NCBI GenBank assembly: GCA_051251855.1
Contig: JBPOGI010000001.1
Coordinates: forward strand, 1,568,001-1,632,000
Source of the DNA: Roseibacillus sp.
GTDB taxonomy: Bacteria; Verrucomicrobiota; Verrucomicrobiia; Verrucomicrobiales; Akkermansiaceae
DNA: 64,000 nucleotides
Reading direction: 5' to 3'
Part shown: piece after piece, positions 33,849 to 42,400 of the stretch
Layout of the letters: every line of letters starts with the position of its first letter
Position numbering within the stretch: the stretch's first letter is position 1
Position numbers and translations under genes: made by a program
The notes under the pieces: model-generated
Told to the model about the DNA's origin: nothing
What the model saw: only the letters and a program-made list of their open reading frames with translations
The model's database searches: none

Positions 33849-33959
33849 CTTAGGTAGTATTAGTTAGTTTGGCGGTGGCGTGAGCGAACCGCGGGCGGTT
33901 GAATAAGGGCGGGAAAGGATTTCCCTATGTGAAAATTTTCGGACGGTTTTTGGACTGTC

Positions 33960-34049
33960 CGGCTTCTAATATCAGGGCGATTTTCGTGGAAAAACCCTTC
34001 CTGATACCAGAAGCCGAAAAGTCCGAGGAGGCGCAAAGGCCCCCTCGGA
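33960..34049 (-). promoter_or_regulatory. rplL-rpoB intergenic hairpins (terminator/attenuator or processing site)
   Basis: Stem at 34022-34049 followed by UUUU on the minus strand; long stem at 33960-34016. Confidence 0.55.
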
Positions 34050-34068
34050 TTTAAAAGAAATAAGGTAA

Positions 34069-34446
34069 TTACTTAAGCTCGACTTTGGCGCCAGCCTCTT
34101 CAAGAGCCTTTTTGGCCTCTTCGGCAGCATCCTTAGCCGCGCCTTCAACGAGGACGACAGGAGCACTCTCGACGAGCTTCTTAGCATCCGCAAGTCCGAG
34201 TCCAGACACAACACCACGCACTGCCTTAATGACAGCGATCTTGTTGCCTCCAGCTTCGGCGAGGAATACGTCAAAGTCAGTTTTTTCTTCTGCAGCTTCA
34301 CCTCCGCCAGCAGCGGGGGCTGCGGCAGCAGCTACGGGAGCAGCAGCGCTAACGCCCCACTCTTCTTCCAATTTCTTCACAAGTTCTGCCGCTTCAAGTA
34401 CGGTGAGCTTGCCCAATTCTTCTGCAATGTTGCTAATGTCAGCCAT
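34069..34446 (-). CDS. rplL: 50S ribosomal protein L7/L12
   Basis: [40 protein letters not shown]; start MADIS. Confidence 0.98.
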   Translation of the reverse strand: MADISNIAEELGKLTVLEAAELVKKLEEEWGVSAAAPVAAAAAPAAGGGEAAEEKTDFDVFLAEAGGNKIAVIKAVRGVVSGLGLADAKKLVESAPVVLVEGAAKDAAEEAKKALEEAGAKVELK

Positions 34447-34475
34447 TTTTTTGTTTTTCTGGTTGGTGTCGTCGC

Positions 34476-34570
34476 GGACCGGAAGCCTCCAGTCCATTTC
34501 AGTTCTCACAGCCGTGAGTCCCGACTAGGGACCATTCCCTTTGCAGCTGCGGAATGCGAAAACCCGCAGC
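34476..34570 (-). ncRNA. Candidate structured cis-regulatory RNA upstream of rplL
   Basis: Four hairpins in the 141-nt rplJ-rplL spacer, two with identical GGCU loops. Confidence 0.45.
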
Positions 34571-34587
34571 ATCTGTTCTAAATTCGT

Positions 34588-35100
34588 TTATTCTCCGTCT
34601 GGATATTTTGCTTTGATGACGCGTGCAAGCGCCGACCCTGGCTCGTTGATGGTGCGCACCAGCTGGGAAGCAGGAGCGTTGATGACCGCCAAAAGCTGTG
34701 CGAGAAGCTGATCGCGAGACGGAAGGTCTGCGAGAGCTTGCACCTGTGAGGGCTCAAGAAGGGCTCCATCAAGGATACCACTCTTAATCTCAGGCTTCTT
34801 GAACTCCTTATTGAAGTTCTTGATAACCTTCGCTGCACCACAAACGTCATCAGCACCTGTGACGAAGGCGGTCTGCCCTTTGAGCTCGTCACCGAGGCTC
34901 GGAAGACCGGCTTCCTCGATAGCGATGCGCATGTAGCGGTTTTTTCCAACGTGGACTTCAGAACCAGCCTCAGAGAGACGGTTACGAAGTTCGCTGAACT
35001 CAGGCACGGTCATGCCGTTGTAGTCCACGACGAGGAGGAAAGGAGAGCCATTTACTCTTTCGAGAAGCTCGTCGACGATGATTTTTTTATCTGGATTCAT
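34588..35100 (-). CDS. rplJ: 50S ribosomal protein L10
   Basis: DYNGMTV..LR, KN, ADLPSRDQLLAQLL; operon position. Confidence 0.97.
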   Translation of the reverse strand: MNPDKKIIVDELLERVNGSPFLLVVDYNGMTVPEFSELRNRLSEAGSEVHVGKNRYMRIAIEEAGLPSLGDELKGQTAFVTGADDVCGAAKVIKNFNKEFKKPEIKSGILDGALLEPSQVQALADLPSRDQLLAQLLAVINAPASQLVRTINEPGSALARVIKAKYPDGE

Positions 35101-35118
35101 AATCGGTGTTTCTCGGGA

Positions 35119-35823
35119 TTACTGGTTGATAACGTAAAGTGATTGCTCAAGCGCGATGCCGGGCAACATGGATGAAGCAAGGGTCGCGGACTGGATGAAG
35201 TCCCCTTTTGCAGATGCAGGCTTAGATTTAACAAGGCTCTCAAGGAGAGAAGCGGCGTTCTCCACCAATTTTGCCTCGTCAAAAGAAACTTTTCCAACAG
35301 CTGCTGCGACACAGCCGTTCTTGTCGACCTTGTAGTCGATCTTACCAGCCTTCACCGCGTTGATCGCCTTAGCTGTATCATCGGTGACAGTGCCAGTCTT
35401 GGGGTTAGGCATCAGACCACGCGGTCCAAGAACCCGAGCAATCTTACGAACCTCCTTCATCGCGTCCGGAGTAGCGATAGCAGCGTCGAAGTCGAGGAAA
35501 CCATCGGAAACCTTCTTGATGAGGTCGTCCATGCCCACGATGTCTGCGCCTGCATCTTCGGCAGCCTTGGCGGCGTCACCGGTGGCAAAGACAATCACGC
35601 GAACCGTCTTACCCGTGCCGTGTGGCAAAGAGACAGAACCGCGAACCATCTGGTCGCTTTTACGAGGGTCGATGCCCAACTTGAACGAAAGAGTGACGGT
35701 TCCGTCAAACTTAGGTGCAGGGAGAGCCTTGAGGAGTGTTACCGCCTCAGCGAGGGGGTAACCTTTTCCAGCTTCGATTTTCTCGACAGCTTGGAGGTAA
35801 CGTTTGCTTGGTTTGTTAGCCAT
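35119..35823 (-). CDS. rplA: 50S ribosomal protein L1
   Basis: KFDGTV, DQMVRGSVSLPHGTGK, LGPRGLMPNPK; start MANKP. Confidence 0.98.
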   Translation of the reverse strand: MANKPSKRYLQAVEKIEAGKGYPLAEAVTLLKALPAPKFDGTVTLSFKLGIDPRKSDQMVRGSVSLPHGTGKTVRVIVFATGDAAKAAEDAGADIVGMDDLIKKVSDGFLDFDAAIATPDAMKEVRKIARVLGPRGLMPNPKTGTVTDDTAKAINAVKAGKIDYKVDKNGCVAAAVGKVSFDEAKLVENAASLLESLVKSKPASAKGDFIQSATLASSMLPGIALEQSLYVINQ

Positions 35824-35834
35824 TTTATTTGTTT

Positions 35835-35875
35835 GTAGTGCGGGCAAGCCCAGCGAAATTGCCGGGCTCTCCTAC
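35835..35875 (-). promoter_or_regulatory. Candidate L1-binding autoregulatory RNA directly upstream of rplA
   Basis: mRNA GUAG-GAG-AGCCC...GGGCU-UGCCCGCA-CUAC: two helices around an asymmetric GAG internal loop, as in L1 sites. Confidence 0.6.
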
Positions 35876-35914
35876 GTTTTATGCGGGCCCTTCCGAAGAA
35901 CGACCCAAGATTGA

Positions 35915-36343
35915 TTACATGCCCTCGATTTCGAGGCCCATTTGACGAGCGGTGCCTGCGAGAATCTTCGCAGCTTGCTCGGGGTCGTTGGTGTTAAGGT
36001 CAGCGATCTTAGCCTTCACGACTTCCATCAACTTCTCTTTGGTGATGCTGCCTACCTTAGTGGTGTGCGGCTCGCCAGAACCAGAAGCGATGTTCGCTGC
36101 CTTCTTCAACAAAACAGCCGCAGGTGGCTGCTTGGTGATGAAAGTGAAGGAACTATCCTTGAAGACCGTAATCACGGTCGGCAAAAGATCGCCTGACTGC
36201 GCCTGCGTCTTGGCGTTGAAATCCTTACAGAACTGCATGATGTTCACGCCTGCCTGACCGAGTGCTGGACCAACTGGAGGAGAGGGGTTTGCCTGTCCTG
36301 CGTTAATCTGCAGCTTTAATATTGCTTTTACTTCCTTAGCCAT
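35915..36343 (-). CDS. rplK: 50S ribosomal protein L11
   Basis: [23 protein letters not shown]. Confidence 0.98.
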   Translation of the reverse strand: MAKEVKAILKLQINAGQANPSPPVGPALGQAGVNIMQFCKDFNAKTQAQSGDLLPTVITVFKDSSFTFITKQPPAAVLLKKAANIASGSGEPHTTKVGSITKEKLMEVVKAKIADLNTNDPEQAAKILAGTARQMGLEIEGM

Positions 36344-36368
36344 CTGAGTGTTGCTTAAATATTATAAA

Positions 36369-36938
36369 TTAGGCGCTTTCCACCTGCCAGGTCTCCAACT
36401 CAACAGGAGTTGAACGACCAAAAATTGTAACGGAAACACGAAGTTTGCCGCGCTCGTGATCGATTTCCTCAACCACGCCATTCTGAGATTCGAAAGGACC
36501 ATCGGCCACCAAAACGGTGTCGCCCACTTCGAAAGCGATGGACGGACGAACCGAATCCTCACGCTCTTTGATCTGGGCCAACATGCTCTCAACCTCACGC
36601 GCTCGCATGGGGATGGGCTTGTCCTTGGTGCCAGCGAAACCGATGACACCGTCCATTTCCTTCACGAAATACCAGGACTGATCCATCAGCTCCTTGTTTT
36701 CGTCGAAGAGATACATATTCACGATGATGTAGCCGGGGAAGAATTTCTTCTTTAACTCGACCTTCTTCCCCTTGCGGTTTTCCTCGACCATCTCGGTAGG
36801 AACCAACACCTCAAAGATGTAGTCGCCCAGCTCTTCGCGCTCCACGCCACGGCGGATTCGCTTGGCTACACTGTTTTCCTGTCCGGAAAGCACGTGAACC
36901 ACATACCACTGGTCTTTGGCCTTGGGAATATTCGGCAT
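36369..36938 (-). CDS. nusG: Transcription termination/antitermination factor NusG
   Basis: WYVVHVLSGQE, FFPGY, KOW DGPF, IFGRSTPVEL. Confidence 0.97.
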   Translation of the reverse strand: MPNIPKAKDQWYVVHVLSGQENSVAKRIRRGVEREELGDYIFEVLVPTEMVEENRKGKKVELKKKFFPGYIIVNMYLFDENKELMDQSWYFVKEMDGVIGFAGTKDKPIPMRAREVESMLAQIKEREDSVRPSIAFEVGDTVLVADGPFESQNGVVEEIDHERGKLRVSVTIFGRSTPVELETWQVESA

Positions 36939-36988
36939 CGTTGTATCGAAATCGTAAAAAAGTTATAAAATTCAGGGAGTTGTATCCC

Positions 36989-37216
36989 CTATCCCACACC
37001 GAGTCCGGTGAGGAAATCAACCACATTGCGGTGAATGAAGTCCCAAAAGGCAACAAACCCCGCGAGGAGGAGCATTGCAATAATCACTACCACAGTAGAA
37101 TCAATCAATTCCTTGAACTTTTTAAAGCCCTTGACCTTTGGATCGGGATCCCAGGGCCACGCGGCCTTGCGGAGTTCGCTTTTGACCTCGCCGATAAATG
37201 TAAACGCTTTGCGCAT
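36989..37216 (-). CDS. secE: Preprotein translocase subunit SecE
   Basis: EVKSELRKAAWP, single TM segment, between tRNA-Trp and nusG. Confidence 0.93.
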   Translation of the reverse strand: MRKAFTFIGEVKSELRKAAWPWDPDPKVKGFKKFKELIDSTVVVIIAMLLLAGFVAFWDFIHRNVVDFLTGLGVG

Positions 37217-37261
37217 GAAATTGGTTGATTTGAACCGAGTGAAATTGAAATTTGAGAAGAG

Positions 37262-37337
37262 TGGCAGGACAGATAGGACTCGAACCTACAACCCTCGGTT
37301 TTGGAAACCGATGCTCTACCAATTGAGCTACTGTCCT
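37262..37337 (-). tRNA. tRNA-Trp (CCA)
   Basis: Cloverleaf AGGACAG...TCGGT-TTCCAAA-ACCGA...GTTCGAGTC...CTGTCCTGCCA. Confidence 0.97.
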
Positions 37338-37428
37338 GTTGAGGCGACTTGGGGCATTCCGGTTTTACCCGGAATGCCCCGCAAAATATCGCCAACCGAA
37401 TACTTGCGCACTCAGTGGATTTGTAAAT

Positions 37429-38613
37429 TTAGTCAAGAATGTCGCCGACACGACCAGCTCCAACGGTGCGACCACCTTCGCGAATCGCGAAACGCATGGT
37501 CTTCTCCATTGCAATTGGCTGAATCAACTCAACTTCGAGCTCAACATTGTCACCAGGCATAACCATCTCAACTCCATCAGGAAGTGCGATGCTACCAGTA
37601 ACGTCCGTTGTGCGGAAGTAAAACTGAGGACGGTAATTGCTGAAGAATGGAGTGTGACGTCCACCCTCGTCCTTAGAAAGGACGTAGATCTCAGCTTTAA
37701 ACTTCTTGTGAGGAGTGACTGAACCAGGCTTCACAATAACCTGGCCACGCTCGAGGTCGTCTTTCTTAAGACCACGCACGAGAAGACCCACGTTGTCACC
37801 TGCACGACCTTCGTCGAGAAGCTTACGGAACATCTCAATGTCAGTAATTGTAGTGGTCTGAGTGTCGCGGATTCCCACGATCTCAACTTCACCCATCTTT
37901 TTGATGATACCACGCTCAACACGACCAGTAGCAACAGTTCCACGACCTTCGATAGAGAACACGTCCTCAATAGGCATGAGGAAGTCTTGGTCAATGGGGC
38001 GCTCTGGCTCGGGCACATAAGAATCGACAGCCTCCATGAGCTTGAGAATCGCTTCCTTATGGGCAGGATCGCCTTCAAGAGCCTTCAATGCAGAACCCTT
38101 AACGATTGGGATATCGTCACCAGGGAATTCATACATGCTGAGAAGCTCACGGACTTCCATCTCAACGAGTTCGAGGAGTTCCTCGTCGTCAACTTGGTCA
38201 GTCTTGTTCAAAAACACGACCAATGCGGGAACACCAACCTGACGAGCAAGAAGGATGTGCTCACGGGTCTGTGGCATCGGGCCGTCTGCTGCAGAAACAA
38301 CGAGGATACCACCGTCCATTTGTGCGGCACCTGTAATCATGTTCTTAACGTAGTCAGCGTGACCGGGACAATCAACGTGAGCGTAGTGACGATTTTCAGT
38401 CTCATACTCAACGTGTGCGGTAGAGATAGTAATACCGCGTGCTTTTTCCTCGGGAGCCGCATCGATCTGGTCGTATGCCTTAGCCTCACCGCCACCTGCT
38501 TCAGCCAACACAGTCGTGATAGCTGCAGTCAAAGTAGTTTTACCATGATCAACGTGCCCAATCGTTCCAATGTTAACGTGGGGCTTGTTTCTTTCGAATT
38601 GTTCTTTCGCCAT
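37429..38613 (-). CDS. tuf: Elongation factor Tu
   Basis: [29 protein letters not shown]. Confidence 0.99.
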   Translation of the reverse strand: MAKEQFERNKPHVNIGTIGHVDHGKTTLTAAITTVLAEAGGGEAKAYDQIDAAPEEKARGITISTAHVEYETENRHYAHVDCPGHADYVKNMITGAAQMDGGILVVSAADGPMPQTREHILLARQVGVPALVVFLNKTDQVDDEELLELVEMEVRELLSMYEFPGDDIPIVKGSALKALEGDPAHKEAILKLMEAVDSYVPEPERPIDQDFLMPIEDVFSIEGRGTVATGRVERGIIKKMGEVEIVGIRDTQTTTITDIEMFRKLLDEGRAGDNVGLLVRGLKKDDLERGQVIVKPGSVTPHKKFKAEIYVLSKDEGGRHTPFFSNYRPQFYFRTTDVTGSIALPDGVEMVMPGDNVELEVELIQPIAMEKTMRFAIREGGRTVGAGRVGDILD

Positions 38614-38649
38614 TTCCTTTAATTTTTTGCGGATTTTTCTCCCGGGACC

Positions 38650-38724
38650 TGGAGCTTATGGTGGGAATTGAACCCACGACCTCATCCTTACCAAGGATGT
38701 GCTCTACCCCTGAGCTACATAAGC
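38650..38724 (-). tRNA. tRNA-Thr (GGT)
   Basis: GCTTATG...CATCC-TTGGTAA-GGATG...GTTCAATTC...CATAAGCTCCA. Confidence 0.97.
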
Positions 38725-38829
38725 GATTTGTCCGGTCGCCTGACGAGTGGCAGTGACTCAGTTTGAACTGAAAAGCAATAGAAACTTGCAACAGTTTAAA
38801 CGAAGGCCGCCCCGCGAAAAGCGGGCGGG

Positions 38830-38857
38830 AAGTTAGCAGTGACTCGCAAGCTGTCAA
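38830..38857 (-). promoter_or_regulatory. Sigma70-type promoter of the tRNA-Thr/tuf operon
   Basis: Minus strand TTGACA-16 nt-TAACTT with TG extended -10 and a GC-rich discriminator. Confidence 0.7.
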
Positions 38858-39116
38858 AATCAAACTAAACAATTAGTAAAAAACTCCTTGAGGCTTGTTC
38901 CACAGCCTGTTCTTCAACTCTCGCTCACTCGGGGCAAGTAACCACAATGCAAATCAGCTGTAAAATCGATAACTGCTGATGATTTGTATGTGCGAAGGAG
39001 TCCTTTTTTCGTGGATTCATGACACAATGCCAATCTAGTTTGCCCCTCAATTTCACCTCAACAACGCTCGTTCAAATCTTAGGCGCGGAGAAATTGAAGA
39101 CTGCAAGACTACTTCC

Positions 39117-39692
39117 ATGCCCGAAACCAAGTTCAACCCCTCTCAACAAGTCGAACGTATTCGCGAAATCCTCGTGGGACGAGAAATGGGCCGCATTGAG
39201 CGCCGCCTCGTCGAACTCGAGACTTCGACGACCGAAACCACCCCATTCCGGCGCGAACCCGAAGTGGAAAACCGGATGGCCTCCACCCAGCAAACACTGC
39301 TGCGTGAGACCCAGGAACTCAAAATCCGCGTTCAAAAGGAATCTGCCGCTCGCCAACAACAGTTTGCCCAACTATCGCAAAAGCTTGTCCGCAGCGGCAC
39401 AGGAACTCCTATGAGCTTGGCTGAGCAGGGCTCAATCGAGCGCCACGTCAGCGAACGGATGGAACGCGTAGCTGCCGAGATGACCTCTCTTATCGATGCA
39501 CGCACTCGCGAAATCCTTCATCATTTGCAAAACGAAATTCTCCAGTGGAAGAACCAGATGGATCGGGATCTTCAAAGCATTCGTGATGTAAAAGCCGATA
39601 AAAAAGAGATAACGAGCCGTTTTGCCCGCTTGGCTTCCGCAGCTATGGAGGAAGACAGTAACCTTGAGACCCCAGAAGGATACCTTCTCTAA
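39117..39692 (+). CDS. Hypothetical coiled-coil protein
   Basis: 191 aa, VERIREILVG N-terminal motif, heptad-rich. Confidence 0.75.
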   Translation: MPETKFNPSQQVERIREILVGREMGRIERRLVELETSTTETTPFRREPEVENRMASTQQTLLRETQELKIRVQKESAARQQQFAQLSQKLVRSGTGTPMSLAEQGSIERHVSERMERVAAEMTSLIDARTREILHHLQNEILQWKNQMDRDLQSIRDVKADKKEITSRFARLASAAMEEDSNLETPEGYLL

Positions 39693-39721
39693 CCTAACCA
39701 AATTAGACGCAGCTTATCGAC

Positions 39722-40714
39722 ATGACGATTCAATCTCCGTTCCCTGAACTCAAGCCTTTTGAGACCCCTCCTCGGTTGCCATCTCTTCAAAGCCTGTTAG
39801 CGGCGCTCCCAAGTGGTCAATCCGAAGCGGGCAAAGAAGCTTCTGCAAGGCAACCTCAACATTTTCCCTCCTTCCCGATGGAGAACGCAACTTTGCCCAA
39901 GCATACTCCAACCAAGACTCTCAACGACCCCCTCCCTCCCCCCTCCGAGTCTCAATCTACAGGCAAGCCACCCTCCACCGTCCCGACCGCACCGATGCCA
40001 ACTTCAATGGCCTCAACAGTCTCCCGAGCCATGGAGGATGAGGAAACCCCGCCGGCTACCGATGACGACCTCCGCAGAGCTTTTGAGCCGATTGTTGAAA
40101 AATCTCTTGAGCGAGTCCTTTATGCTCCCGACAAGGGATTACACACCTACCTCGAACCAATGCTGCGTAGCACAGTTCGCAGGGCCATTGCAGAACAAAT
40201 TGACGCCGCTGTTCAGTTCCGCTCGACAGGCACTGTCGATCGCTTGGGTTGGCGTCTCAAAGCCTTAATAACGAGCCGAAGCTACGACGAGGTCGTCTTC
40301 CGCTCCACACGGCGCTATCAAGTTGAAGAAGCATTTCTTCTGCGCCGCGAGGACTACTCTTTAGTCTCTTTCGCTTCCCATGATCCTGCTCGCCATGCTT
40401 CTGAGAAGCGTGTCGCCAACACCATCAAAAAACTCATTCGTCGCCTGGCCGACGACGAGGGGAGACTCCGGAAGACCTTCGATTACAGCGAGGACCAAAT
40501 GGCCATCATTCGACAGGGCAAACATACTCTACTTGTCGCCTTGGTGAGAGGACGCTCAAACGCTTTGGTTCGCGCCGACCTCGATTACGTTCTTCGCCAA
40601 GCGGAAGACCGGTTCGGCGAACGACTCGAAGACGAAACAGACGCCTTTCTTCACGTCCTACAACCCATTCTCGAGGGCTGCCTACTTATTCAGTCACCAG
40701 CTCCACCCACCTAA
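39722..40714 (+). CDS. Hypothetical protein (Pro/Ser-rich N-terminus, globular C-terminal domain)
   Basis: 330 aa, 29 nt after the preceding gene; WRLKAL...YQVEEAFLL motif. Confidence 0.75.
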   Translation: MTIQSPFPELKPFETPPRLPSLQSLLAALPSGQSEAGKEASARQPQHFPSFPMENATLPKHTPTKTLNDPLPPPSESQSTGKPPSTVPTAPMPTSMASTVSRAMEDEETPPATDDDLRRAFEPIVEKSLERVLYAPDKGLHTYLEPMLRSTVRRAIAEQIDAAVQFRSTGTVDRLGWRLKALITSRSYDEVVFRSTRRYQVEEAFLLRREDYSLVSFASHDPARHASEKRVANTIKKLIRRLADDEGRLRKTFDYSEDQMAIIRQGKHTLLVALVRGRSNALVRADLDYVLRQAEDRFGERLEDETDAFLHVLQPILEGCLLIQSPAPPT

Positions 40715-40963
40715 CTAGTTCTAGTAAGCCTCAGCCTCAAACTCTCCACCAGACTCTAGGAAGCGCCCAATCACAGCCACTCCATGCACTGAGATATCGG
40801 CTACGCAGCCCTCTCCGTCTTCGAGACGCTCACCAAGACCAAACAAGTCGGAACACATAGAACCCGCCATGCATTCGGCTTCTCAGAGAAAACGAACTAT
40901 CCGTAGCTTCGATAGAAGTCCACGGGAACGTGGATAGCCTTCCAAAATCCGCCTATTCTCGCC

Positions 40964-42388
40964 CTAGCACTCCAGCAAAAGCCTTGCCGGATTCTCGAGA
41001 CTATCTTTGATGCTGATCAAGAAGGTTACCGCCTCTTTACCGTCGACGATGCGATGGTCGTAACTTAGCGCGAGATACATCATGGGACGAATCTCGACCT
41101 TGCCATCAACCGCCACGGGACGCTGCTGAATGGTGTGCATGCCCAAAATTCCACTCTGGGGCGGATTCAGAATCGGCGTGCTCAGCAAGGAGCCGTAGAC
41201 TCCTCCATTTGAAATCGTGAAGACCCCACCCTGCAAATCTTCGATCTGCATGGTGCCGTCCTTTGCTTTTCCAGCCGCCTCTGCAATGGCTTTCTCGATC
41301 TCGGCAAAGTTCTTCTGATCGCAGTCCCGAATGACCGGAACGACGAGCCCCTTCTCCGTTCCCACCGCTACGCCAATATCGTAAAAATCATTCTCAATCA
41401 CCTCATTACCATCAATGAAAGAACGAATACCCGGAGTCTCCTTCAGAGCATGGACGACCGCCTTCGTGAAGAGAGACATGAAACCCAGTTTCACACCGTG
41501 TTTGCCGACAAATTCTTCCTGAACCTCTTTCCGAAGCTTCATAATCGCACTCATATCGACCTCGTTGAAGGTCGACAGAATCGCGGCGGTCTGCTGTGCG
41601 TTGACCAAATGTTGAGCAATCTTACGTCGCAGCATGCTCATCTTCTTACGGGTCGAACGCCCATCCTCCGCCGGGGAGGCTGCAGGAGTGGAAGACGAAG
41701 GTGGCGCGGTAGCACCAAGGCTCGGCTTAATACGGGCCGATTCCGCAGCTGCGGCGGCAAGTGCCGACTTCACTTTTTCGGGTGCAGCCTCGGCCTTCTT
41801 GGATGGCTGAGGTGTCGCAGGAGACGCCGCTGGAGCACCAGCTCCTTCCGTCAATTTAGCGATCACAGTTCCGATCTCCATCTCTTCCCCTTCTTCCACC
41901 AAAATCTCAATCGTCCCGGAGTAATCAGCATCGAGCTCCTGAGAAACCTTGTCGCTCTCCAACGTGATCAGCGTCTGCCCCTTAGAGACGGCTTCACCAC
42001 TTTTCACCTTCCATTCCGCCAAGCTGGCGGTGTTGATGGAATCTCCAAAAGGAGGAATCTTAATATCATGGACTTCACCATCAGAAGCCGAACTTTCAGC
42101 CACCTCACCAGCAGAACTCGGAGCACTCTCCAACGTACCGCTGGAACCTGCCGCAGAGGTGTCGATTTCCGCAATCACGGCTCCGACCTCAACCTCTTCA
42201 TCCTCGCCCACAAGAATCTTCAAGACCCCATCGAACTCAGCTTCAAGGTCCTGCGAAACCTTGTCGGTCTCCAAAGAAACCAAGGTTTCCCCCTTCTTCA
42301 CAAAGTCACCATCCGCTTTTTGCCAACGCGAAACATTCGCGGTGGTAATCGACTCGCCAAAAGGCGGTATTTTCACTTCCTCTGCCAT
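40964..42388 (-). CDS. sucB: 2-oxoglutarate dehydrogenase E2 (dihydrolipoamide succinyltransferase)
   Basis: Two lipoyl domains (LETDKV, LESDKV); catalytic SYDHRIVDG; follows sucA. Confidence 0.95.
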   Translation of the reverse strand: MAEEVKIPPFGESITTANVSRWQKADGDFVKKGETLVSLETDKVSQDLEAEFDGVLKILVGEDEEVEVGAVIAEIDTSAAGSSGTLESAPSSAGEVAESSASDGEVHDIKIPPFGDSINTASLAEWKVKSGEAVSKGQTLITLESDKVSQELDADYSGTIEILVEEGEEMEIGTVIAKLTEGAGAPAASPATPQPSKKAEAAPEKVKSALAAAAAESARIKPSLGATAPPSSSTPAASPAEDGRSTRKKMSMLRRKIAQHLVNAQQTAAILSTFNEVDMSAIMKLRKEVQEEFVGKHGVKLGFMSLFTKAVVHALKETPGIRSFIDGNEVIENDFYDIGVAVGTEKGLVVPVIRDCDQKNFAEIEKAIAEAAGKAKDGTMQIEDLQGGVFTISNGGVYGSLLSTPILNPPQSGILGMHTIQQRPVAVDGKVEIRPMMYLALSYDHRIVDGKEAVTFLISIKDSLENPARLLLEC

Positions 42389-42400
42389 CTCTTTAATTCT

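Noticed and set aside
25644..33857. Long + strand ORFs opposite rpoB/rpoC (and opposite tuf, sucAB, acs and the sulfatases)
   Set aside because: Antisense shadows of strongly biased codon usage; no recognisable motifs.
37262..37337. tRNA-Trp as evidence for genome-wide UGA=Trp
   Set aside because: The anticodon is the ordinary CCA, Trp is encoded by TGG in the genes, and TGA terminates the CBM6 gene normally.
37351..37380. Perfect 12-bp hairpin between tuf and tRNA-Trp
   Set aside because: No U-tract; most simply an ordinary processing or stability stem.
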